This document shows positions 10,861 to 18,240 of a stretch of 64,000 nucleotides of DNA, piece after piece (positions within the stretch are counted from its first letter, which is position 1; every line of letters starts with the position of its first letter). The notes below the pieces were generated by a model. That model had not been told where the DNA came from. It ran no database searches and saw nothing but the letters and a program-made list of their open reading frames with translations. Both the position numbers and the translations under genes were made by a program. Origin of the DNA: a virus (Duplodnaviria; Caudoviricetes); the IMG/VR virus record IMGVR_UViG_3300028048_000071, positions 68,933 to 132,932 of that record; one strand, 5' to 3'.

Positions 10861-13095
10861 ATGGCTACAGTTAAGTTTTATAATGATAAAGAAAAAACTC
10901 AACAAGTATATCCAGAAATTGACCCAGATGGAAATTATCCTGGTGTCACAGTTGGACTTGCCAATAACCTTGTTTCACCAGACGGTATAAATGATATAGA
11001 TACTTGGCAATATCGTTCAACTGGTGGAGAACTTGATATTACTGATGGATATGCAACATTAAAGAAACTTATTGGTACAACTGAATCTTCAACTATAGAA
11101 GAAAGTCTAACACATAACTTAATTACAACTGGTGTAACTTCTGTAACTGTTGATACAAGTACATTTAAAAGTCAAATAAGTACAAGTGGAACATATAATT
11201 TTATATATACTCCAACAATTACTTATTCATCTGCTTTAGTATATTCATTAAATAAAAGCACTTTTGCTAATTATGTAAGTCAAGCAACTGGAACATATAC
11301 ATTTACTTATACTGCTGTTGTTTCACCAGTAGATACATCTAGTGTTATACAAACTTTTACACAATCAACATTTGTTAACAAAGTAAATGAAACACCAGAT
11401 ACTTATACATTTACATATAATGGTTCAAATTGGCAATTAGATGGAACAAACGTAACAATGAGTCAATATGGTATTACAACAAAAGGAACTGAAACAAGTG
11501 GAACAACAATTACTGTTTATTATACAAGTAATTCTTGGTATTACAATAATGCCTCAATTTCTATGAGTAATTATGGTATTTCAACAACTGGCTCTGAATC
11601 TGTTGGAGACACAATTGCTATATCTTATACATCTAATGACTGGATGTTAAATAACACTGCAATAACACTTGCTGATTACGGAATTGTAATTACAGGAGGA
11701 ACTGCAGCAATTGACGATAATATTCAAATAATATTTATTGCTGAACAAGTAGGTGTAATTCAAACTGCAAATCCAACTGGATTATATAGTGTTGGAATGA
11801 ACCAATTTAATAAAGATGGTTCTCAAATATTTAGAAATTATACATTAAATTCATCTGGTGGAATAAGTGCGGCAACTGGATATTATGTAATTTATTTTAA
11901 ATGTATAGGAGGAGAAACTTATACTATTTATAATGAAACACCTTCATCTACTGTTAGAGTTGGTTATAGTGCAACTATCCCAACTACATCAAGCACTGTT
12001 ACATTATTAAGTACAGTTTCATCATCTGAATGGGCTGATGTTCTAGTTAATGACTCATATAAATCACACTATTATCCAAATAATCCTGGATATTTAGTTG
12101 TTGCGACAAGTGACATTGAAAATTTATGTTGTCATTTAACTTGGGAAGCAGTAAAGGATGATGTATATGAATCTTATTTTAATTATACATTACCTATTCC
12201 ATACACTGATAAAAATGGAGATGTAATAACAACTTATGGTTTAGTAAACTTAGATGATGGTACTCAATATTATGATGAAATAAATTTTGAAGACCTTAAA
12301 TGGTATAAGAGAACAACTAGAATTGAATATAGTGCTGAAAACTTGGCAACTGTTCAAGCATTAGGTGTTCCATATTTATATGATGCAAATTGGATTTATT
12401 ATGGTGTTAATACAGTTGAATATAACTTAGAAGACGTTTCTTATTCATATGAAATATCAAACTATGGTACTGAAGAGTTTATTAACTCTGCATTGCCATT
12501 AACTGCAACAATATTCTATCAAGAAAACTTAAGAGATAAAATAAGATTCTCTATGGAAGTTATTGATAATAAAGTTGAGAAAATTGATAGTGCTTCTACT
12601 TATACAAAATATTCAAGTGCAAAAGCATCTTATAACCTAGATAAAGCATTAAGACATATACTTGGTCTTGATGTAGATACATTCTCAACAAGCAGCACTT
12701 ATGCTGTTGGTGATTATGTTGTATACGATGGTAAATTGTGGAAATGTACCACTGCCGTAACAAGTGCAGGAGCTTGGACTGGTAATGGATTATCTGTTAG
12801 AAGTAATAATAATGGAATATTACTTGATATGGACACAACTAAATTTTTAAAATTCTTAGATTCAGATAGACCTGGAAGTCCTTGTGGAATTCCTGAACTT
12901 TATGCAAATGATGGCGGTACATACCAAATTCATTTAACATATGCAACAACATCAAACGATTATCACTTCGCTAATGCTGCTGAATTAGAAGAACAAACTG
13001 GTCTTGTAGTAAGTAGTGCAACTGGTGGAGTATCATTTAGTTATAATAGTTCTTCTGCAAATTGGGAAGAATCATATTTATTTAAAGCAAATTAA
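10861..13095 (+). CDS. Large tail/receptor-binding protein
   Basis: 744 aa, Thr/Ser/Tyr-rich internal repeats; YAVGDYVVYDGKLWKC (CBM5/12-like). Confidence 0.7.
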   Translation: MATVKFYNDKEKTQQVYPEIDPDGNYPGVTVGLANNLVSPDGINDIDTWQYRSTGGELDITDGYATLKKLIGTTESSTIEESLTHNLITTGVTSVTVDTSTFKSQISTSGTYNFIYTPTITYSSALVYSLNKSTFANYVSQATGTYTFTYTAVVSPVDTSSVIQTFTQSTFVNKVNETPDTYTFTYNGSNWQLDGTNVTMSQYGITTKGTETSGTTITVYYTSNSWYYNNASISMSNYGISTTGSESVGDTIAISYTSNDWMLNNTAITLADYGIVITGGTAAIDDNIQIIFIAEQVGVIQTANPTGLYSVGMNQFNKDGSQIFRNYTLNSSGGISAATGYYVIYFKCIGGETYTIYNETPSSTVRVGYSATIPTTSSTVTLLSTVSSSEWADVLVNDSYKSHYYPNNPGYLVVATSDIENLCCHLTWEAVKDDVYESYFNYTLPIPYTDKNGDVITTYGLVNLDDGTQYYDEINFEDLKWYKRTTRIEYSAENLATVQALGVPYLYDANWIYYGVNTVEYNLEDVSYSYEISNYGTEEFINSALPLTATIFYQENLRDKIRFSMEVIDNKVEKIDSASTYTKYSSAKASYNLDKALRHILGLDVDTFSTSSTYAVGDYVVYDGKLWKCTTAVTSAGAWTGNGLSVRSNNNGILLDMDTTKFLKFLDSDRPGSPCGIPELYANDGGTYQIHLTYATTSNDYHFANAAELEEQTGLVVSSATGGVSFSYNSSSANWEESYLFKAN

Positions 13096-13117
13096 TGAAT
13101 GAAAGGAGAATAATTTT

Positions 13118-13279
13118 ATGTTAGAAATAATTAAATCATTCTTCTCCCCTGTAGGGGGGGGCGAACAAGCTTCGCTTCACAGAATGGAAATATACAAAGG
13201 AAGGAGGATTTGCGTCAAGAGTATAGTAACTCTTCAAGCAATTCCGACTTCAATAGAAAGAGAGGTGAAGAGTATCTAA
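13118..13279 (+). CDS. Leader peptide 1 (53 aa in the present G8 state); phase-variable
   Basis: AAAGGAG SD at 13102, ATG 13118, MLEIIKSFFSPVGGGEQ...VKSI, TAA 13277; crosses the G8 tract. Confidence 0.8.
   Translation: MLEIIKSFFSPVGGGEQASLHRMEIYKGRRICVKSIVTLQAIPTSIEREVKSI
13154..13161 (+). repeat. Poly-G tract 1 (G8)
   Basis: G homopolymer in an AT-rich genome, inside the leader ORF. Confidence 0.95.
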
Positions 13280-13359
13280 AATCTTCTTATGGAAGATTTG
13301 CAGATGGAAGCAACGCTTCTGTCTTAATCTCTTCATCTTTCGCAAGTGAAAATATCGTA

Positions 13360-13368
13360 GGGGGGGGG
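13360..13368 (+). repeat. Poly-G tract 2 (G9)
   Basis: Direct reading. Confidence 0.95.
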
Positions 13369-13494
13369 CAGCTACGCTCGAATAATTATTCAGCAAGCAG
13401 TCGCTCTTATAAAGGAGGTGAAGGCAATTACGCTAGCTTAATGTCTAGTGATTTTGCCGGAACCGAGACAATGTTAAACCCTGACCGCATAGTC

Positions 13495-13503
13495 GGGGGG
13501 GGG
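13495..13503 (+). repeat. Poly-G tract 3 (G9)
   Basis: Direct reading. Confidence 0.95.
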
Positions 13504-13650
13504 CGAAATCCATTTGGATTCGTCTTCAAAGAAAGGGGGCAAGCCACTATTTAGACTTGCCTCTTATACACGAAATGATTTCTCTTTCAAGAAGGGAGGT
13601 GCAGGCTTAACAGTCTGTACTCCTTTTTATTATGAAGGAGGTGTGTGTTA

Positions 13651-14034
13651 ATGCAAATTAATAAAGACCTTATTATTAGTGGAACTAATATGACTTTAGG
13701 CGATACAGCCTATAAAGATATATATTCAACAACTGAAACCAAGACTAATAAGGTTTGGATTGATGGTCGTACTATATATAGAAAGGTTATTACTGGAAAT
13801 TTATCTCAGGCACAATGGAATCACGGAATAACTTTTGATACTATTGTTTCTATAGAAGGTGTTTTTATAAATACTAATTCTGGTAATACATTTAATATAC
13901 CTAGTACAAGACCTGATTTTCCTGATTATCAAGTTGGTGTATTTGTGAATAATACATTTATAACTTTAGAACGTGCTACTGGTGCTCAACGTGCGGATAT
14001 GAGTTTTTATGTAGTTTTAGAATATGTGAAATAA
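13651..14034 (+). CDS. Variable fibre-tip/receptor-binding cassette 1
   Basis: MQINKDL start; YSTTETKTNKVWIDGRTIYRK fibre C-terminal motif. Confidence 0.75.
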   Translation: MQINKDLIISGTNMTLGDTAYKDIYSTTETKTNKVWIDGRTIYRKVITGNLSQAQWNHGITFDTIVSIEGVFINTNSGNTFNIPSTRPDFPDYQVGVFVNNTFITLERATGAQRADMSFYVVLEYVK

Positions 14035-14063
14035 CACACACAACAGGCTAACAGCCTAACATT

Positions 14064-14471
14064 ATGGCTAAATTTACAATTAATAAAGACTTCTTTGTAG
14101 GTGATACAAATTATTCTTTAGAGGATATTCCTTTTGGAGTAGAACCCGAAGTCCCATCTAATCAAAATTATTTTAAATTTGGGAATATGATGATTTGTTG
14201 GGGTTGGAGAAACGTAACTTTAAACTGGAATGGGAATGGAGCTTATGCTGATTTTAATTTAGCAAACGATGGAACTCCATATAAAGATACTGCATATAGA
14301 ATTGTTGGGAGTTATGCTGGAAGCACAGCTTATTATGCAGGAAACTGGTGCTGGTTTGAAAGCAAAGGGACGACAAGTGCAAGAGTAAATTGCTGGTGTG
14401 AACAAGCTAATAAACCAACATCTATTATTATAGGTTTTATAGCCATTGGAAGATGGCGTGATGCTGAATAA
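14064..14471 (+). CDS. Cassette 2 (gp53-like fibre C-terminal domain)
   Basis: MAKFTINKDF start; YFKFGNMMICWG...FIAIGRW. Confidence 0.75.
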   Translation: MAKFTINKDFFVGDTNYSLEDIPFGVEPEVPSNQNYFKFGNMMICWGWRNVTLNWNGNGAYADFNLANDGTPYKDTAYRIVGSYAGSTAYYAGNWCWFESKGTTSARVNCWCEQANKPTSIIIGFIAIGRWRDAE

Positions 14472-14507
14472 AAACATTTCGTGATGAGCAAGCCTTTTGG
14501 CGAACTT

Positions 14508-14918
14508 ATGAAGATTAATAAAGATTTAATCGTAGAGGGTACAAATCATACATTAGAAGATATACCTTTTGATATTGATTTATCTGATGTGTATTCTACA
14601 AATGAAACAAAAACAAATAAGGTTTGGATAGATAACAGACCTATATATAGAAGAGTCGTTACCGGTACAGTTACCGCTGCAGGTCAAGGACAAACTGTAA
14701 CCACTATAAGTAATATAAGACAAATCTTGACTATAAGAGGAGTTATGTATTCTAATTATGGTCAATGGTGGAATATTCCTAATTATCACGGAGAAGCAGG
14801 ATATGTAAATTCCATATACTGCGATGCAAATGGAAGAGTCAATTTAGGAGTTGGGAACTTTTATAGTGCCGGTAAACCTTTTATAATTATTTTAGAGTAT
14901 ACAAAATCTACTGACTAA
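14508..14918 (+). CDS. Cassette 3 (paralogue of cassette 1)
   Basis: MKINKDL start chosen by paralogy; YSTNETKTNKVWIDNRPIYRR...LEYTK. Confidence 0.75.
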   Translation: MKINKDLIVEGTNHTLEDIPFDIDLSDVYSTNETKTNKVWIDNRPIYRRVVTGTVTAAGQGQTVTTISNIRQILTIRGVMYSNYGQWWNIPNYHGEAGYVNSIYCDANGRVNLGVGNFYSAGKPFIIILEYTKSTD

Positions 14919-14954
14919 CATTGTCTGAACGGCAAAAAAAATAATGCCGATTCT

Positions 14955-15377
14955 ATGAAAATAAACAAAGACTTAATTATTAGTGATACAAATTATACTT
15001 TAGGAGATGTTGCTGATTTTATATCAAATAAAATAGAAATTAAAGAGCTTGCTTCTACAACAGGAAGTGGCGAAAACATTACAATAGATTTGACCGATAG
15101 TTATAAAAATTATGACTTTTTATTAGTTCAATGGAGTCCATATTCTTTATATGGGAATATTGATTTTTATATTATAGATACTGCTACAATTTTATCTACA
15201 CAATATGGAAATTATCCTTATGAAACCGGACACCTTCAAACAACATCAGTATGGTCAAATGTCGTATTTGGCTTTTCATCAACAACTAGATTTATAGCTA
15301 AATGTGCAAATACAGGAACTTGGGGAAAAGGTTCTTTTAAAATAATTTCTATTAAAGGAATAAAATTACCTCACTAA
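14955..15377 (+). CDS. Cassette 4
   Basis: MKINKDL start; IDLTDSYKNYDFL...IKGIK. Confidence 0.7.
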   Translation: MKINKDLIISDTNYTLGDVADFISNKIEIKELASTTGSGENITIDLTDSYKNYDFLLVQWSPYSLYGNIDFYIIDTATILSTQYGNYPYETGHLQTTSVWSNVVFGFSSTTRFIAKCANTGTWGKGSFKIISIKGIKLPH

Positions 15378-15422
15378 TCACATAATAGAGCGACCGCTCG
15401 TAAATGAGCAAAAGCGAATTAA

Positions 15423-15800
15423 ATGATTATAAACACAGATTTAATCTACCCTATCGGTAGTATATATTTAAGCGTCAACGCAACCAATCCGTCAAAGTAT
15501 TTTGGCGGAGCTTGGGAGCAAATTACATCAGACGCATATTTAAAGATAGTAACTCAAAATGCTGGTTCTTTAGGTGGAACCAGTGTAGACCACAAGATAC
15601 CTATTGAAAGTATGCCTAGTCACGACCACGGTGTGTACGGAGCATTAACTGGAGAAAATAAACCTATTACCAATACTGGTAATGATTGGGGAGTTAATAC
15701 AACACACGGATGGACTACAAATGCCATTTCAAAGACTGGCGGTGGACAGGCTTACTATCCTTATTACTATGGCGTTTATGTTTGGAAAAGAACTGCTTAA
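15423..15800 (+). CDS. Cassette 5 (YPxGSIY...WKRTA family)
   Basis: YPIGSIYLSVNATNPS...MPSHDH...VYVWKRTA. Confidence 0.8.
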   Translation: MIINTDLIYPIGSIYLSVNATNPSKYFGGAWEQITSDAYLKIVTQNAGSLGGTSVDHKIPIESMPSHDHGVYGALTGENKPITNTGNDWGVNTTHGWTTNAISKTGGGQAYYPYYYGVYVWKRTA

Positions 15801-15843
15801 ATATACTCTCTTATGATGTTTTGAAGATTTAGATACAAATCTT

Positions 15844-16233
15844 ATGATTATAAATACAAATATGTTGTTAGCAGCCTATCCTGTAGGTTCGCTATATTTA
15901 ACAACAAATGAAATAAACCCAGGAACCTTATTTGGTGGAACCTGGGAAAAATTGACTGGGGATGCTTATCTTAAAATAGTGACAAGTAATCCTGGTCAAT
16001 ATGATGGTACGTCAGACCAACATAAAATACCTATCAATAGTATGCCTTCTCACAGACACGGTAATAGAGTTACTTTAAATATGTCTCAAGGTGCTGGTCA
16101 AGATAGAAGCCTTGTAGTTGGTGGAGGTCAAGTATGGAATACTGCGGACAATTATCAAAATCAATTTGTTGGTGGTGGACAACCTTATTATCCATATTAT
16201 TATGGTATTTATGTTTGGAGACGTACAGCATAA
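15844..16233 (+). CDS. Cassette 6 (YPxGS...WRRTA family); predicted ON in this genotype
   Basis: YPVGSLYL...MPSHRH...IYVWRRTA. Confidence 0.8.
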   Translation: MIINTNMLLAAYPVGSLYLTTNEINPGTLFGGTWEKLTGDAYLKIVTSNPGQYDGTSDQHKIPINSMPSHRHGNRVTLNMSQGAGQDRSLVVGGGQVWNTADNYQNQFVGGGQPYYPYYYGIYVWRRTA

Positions 16234-16261
16234 TCGGAATTGCTTAATGCAATAAAACTTT

Positions 16262-16435
16262 ATGAAAAATATTTTATTAAATAAAATCCTTCACATCGGG
16301 GGGGGGCAGAAATGTCTGCTCTTCACAAGAAAGGAGGGTTGGCTATTATTTTGTAACGTCAACTCTTCAAGGAATGGAGGTGGCAGACATTTAATATCTG
16401 CTATCTCTTGTGGAGGTGTAATCTTATGCAAATAA
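16262..16435 (+). CDS. Leader peptide 2 (57 aa in the present G9 state); phase-variable
   Basis: ATG 16262, MKNILLNKILHIGGGQK..., TAA 16433 overlapping the start of cassette 7; no SD of its own. Confidence 0.75.
   Translation: MKNILLNKILHIGGGQKCLLFTRKEGWLLFCNVNSSRNGGGRHLISAISCGGVILCK
16298..16306 (+). repeat. Poly-G tract 4 (G9)
   Basis: Direct reading. Confidence 0.95.
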
Positions 16436-16818
16436 ACGTAGATTTAATATATCCTATAGGTTCTTTATATTTAACAACGTCTACTGTATCACCAGCAGTT
16501 TTGTTTGGTGGTACTTGGGAACGCATTAAAGGTAGATGTATTGTAGGTGTAGACGAAAATGACACCGACTTTAATACTGTTAGTAAAACCGGCGGTGAAA
16601 AAACACATACATTGACTGTGGATGAAATGCCAGCACACAATCACAATATTCAAGGTGCGATGAATGGTGCTTCTGGAAGTAGTTGGTGTGTTGCTTTAAA
16701 TAGTGATAGAAGCGTAAACTGGTCTATCACTAATGGGTCACAAAATAAAGGTGGTGGACAAGCACATAACAATCTACAACCTTATTACACTGCTTATATA
16801 TGGCGAAGAACCGCATAA
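16426..16818 (+). CDS. Cassette 7
   Basis: GGAGG SD, MQINVDLIYPIGSLY...WRRTA. Confidence 0.8.
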   Translation: MQINVDLIYPIGSLYLTTSTVSPAVLFGGTWERIKGRCIVGVDENDTDFNTVSKTGGEKTHTLTVDEMPAHNHNIQGAMNGASGSSWCVALNSDRSVNWSITNGSQNKGGGQAHNNLQPYYTAYIWRRTA

Positions 16819-16849
16819 GATTACTTAGATATTAAATTGTCGAATAATT

Positions 16850-17227
16850 ATGAAAATAAACTTAGATTTTATATATCCTGTTGGAAGTATTTATATGAGT
16901 GTTAATGCTACAAATCCAGGAATTTTATTTGGAGGAACTTGGACTCAATTAAAAGATAGGTTCTTACTTGGTGCTGGAAATACATATTCCGCTGGAGATA
17001 CTGGTGGAGAGGCAACTCATACGTTAACTTATAATGAAATGCCTCAACATAGTCACACATTGTATAATGAAAATGCAAGTGGATGGACTTTAAGTAAAGC
17101 ATCTTTAAAAACAGGAACAAATAAAGGATATTCTGGTAATATCCAAATTGGAGATGCTGGAGGTAATCAAGCACATAATAATATGCCTCCATATCTAGTA
17201 GTCTATATGTGGAAAAGAACTGCATAA
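16850..17227 (+). CDS. Cassette 8
   Basis: MKINLDFIYPVGSIY...PPYLVVYMWKRTA. Confidence 0.8.
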   Translation: MKINLDFIYPVGSIYMSVNATNPGILFGGTWTQLKDRFLLGAGNTYSAGDTGGEATHTLTYNEMPQHSHTLYNENASGWTLSKASLKTGTNKGYSGNIQIGDAGGNQAHNNMPPYLVVYMWKRTA

Positions 17228-17273
17228 ATTATTTTGACAAAAAGAGTTGACACTAAAATAATAGTGTTATAAT

Positions 17274-17702
17274 ATGAAAATAAATGAAGATTTAATAATT
17301 AATGGAACGGATTTAAATTTAAATGATATAGTACAAAAAATATCGGCACTTGAAAAATATCAAGTAGAATATAATGCTGATTCAATTACTTTGACATTTA
17401 CAAATAAATATCCTTGTATAGCAATTACATATATGTCTCACGCAGGATGGGGATTTGGAGGAAATGAATGGATTTGGAATGCTGATTTAACTAATTCTGT
17501 TCATTTAGGTTATACTAAAGCCTATGTTAATGGTAATGACTTATTATCAAGATTTATGAGTTCTGTGTCAATTAACTATTGTCCAACTGCGGGAGTAGAA
17601 CATACAACTGTAAGAACTACAACCAAGGGTAACTCTGGTAATAGCAATGGACAATCAGTATGTGTTATTTGTTTACCATTAATAACTAATTCAAAAGAAT
17701 AA
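17274..17702 (+). CDS. Cassette 9
   Basis: MKINEDL start; unrelated C-terminal domain. Confidence 0.7.
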   Translation: MKINEDLIINGTDLNLNDIVQKISALEKYQVEYNADSITLTFTNKYPCIAITYMSHAGWGFGGNEWIWNADLTNSVHLGYTKAYVNGNDLLSRFMSSVSINYCPTAGVEHTTVRTTTKGNSGNSNGQSVCVICLPLITNSKE

Positions 17703-17723
17703 TTATAAGAAATAGAGTAAAAT

Positions 17724-17769
17724 GAAAGGGGAATAACTTAACTAAAATTTTTGTTATTTCCTTTTTTTT
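17724..17769 (+). terminator. Intrinsic terminator closing the tail operon
   Basis: aaggggaataac...gttatttccttt followed by a T run. Confidence 0.7.
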
Positions 17770-17774
17770 ACCGC

Positions 17775-17803
17775 TTGACATTATCTTCTTTTTGTGCTAT
17801 AAT
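17775..17803 (+). promoter_or_regulatory. SigmaA-type promoter
   Basis: TTGACA-N17-TATAAT with extended TG. Confidence 0.85.
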
Positions 17804-17862
17804 GCAATTACAATAGAAGGGAGATAATGTGAGGAGACAATACAAGAAGGGGTGAAACAACA

Positions 17863-18033
17863 ATGAAGAAATATTTATTGTATTTATTACGATGGCAATT
17901 GTCTACTCCAATTTTAGCTATTGTTTTATATATATTCAAAACAAATGAAATTTTAGAAACCATAATAGCCAATTTAATTGGTGGTCTAATTTTCTTTTGG
18001 GTTGATAAATGGATATTTAAAGAAAAGAGGTGA
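17863..18033 (+). CDS. Small membrane protein (56 aa, not in the ORF track)
   Basis: SD, MKKYLLYLLRWQLSTPILAIVL...IFFWVDKWIFK. Confidence 0.65.
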   Translation: MKKYLLYLLRWQLSTPILAIVLYIFKTNEILETIIANLIGGLIFFWVDKWIFKEKR

Positions 18034-18039
18034 GTTGGA

Positions 18040-18240
18040 ATGAATAATGATTTTCTAAACGATGATATTAAAGATGCTCTTATTGAAAGAGATGGATTTA
18101 GACAGCAAGTTGAAGATTTAACTAAAATATTAAAAGAAATTCATCTTTATTTGGTGGGGAGATTTAATGAGACTCAAGATACAAAATATTTAGATGACTT
18201 AATTAAATTCCAAGAAATGTGTGGTGACTATTATGGATGA
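18040..18240 (+). CDS. Hypothetical protein
   Basis: ORF with GAGGTG SD. Confidence 0.6.
   Translation: MNNDFLNDDIKDALIERDGFRQQVEDLTKILKEIHLYLVGRFNETQDTKYLDDLIKFQEMCGDYYG

Larger units (their letters stand above)
13100..13651 (+). promoter_or_regulatory. Selector leader 1: G tracts, SD/stop hairpins and segments complementary to downstream cassette spacers
   Basis: SD-like sites at 13201, 13262, 13412, 13533, 13594 and 13635; seven nested complementarities (see findings). Confidence 0.85.

Noticed and set aside
13210-13554. 114-aa ORF from the track as an independent gene
   Set aside because: Its TTG start is only 2 nt from the SD. It is the frame entered by leader 1 when tract 1 is G9.
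17247-17273. TTGACA...TATAAT promoter for cassette 9
   Set aside because: The spacer is only 15 nt and the -10 abuts the ATG, so the transcript would start inside the ORF. The same bases are explained by pairing with leader 2. Not fully excluded.
13118-17702. Shufflon/invertase or DGR as the explanation of the cassette array
   Set aside because: All cassettes are co-oriented, complete genes. There is no common repeated crossover site, no recombinase or reverse transcriptase in the window, and no TR/VR pair differing only at adenines. The inverted matches are unique per cassette and tolerate G-U pairs and bulges.
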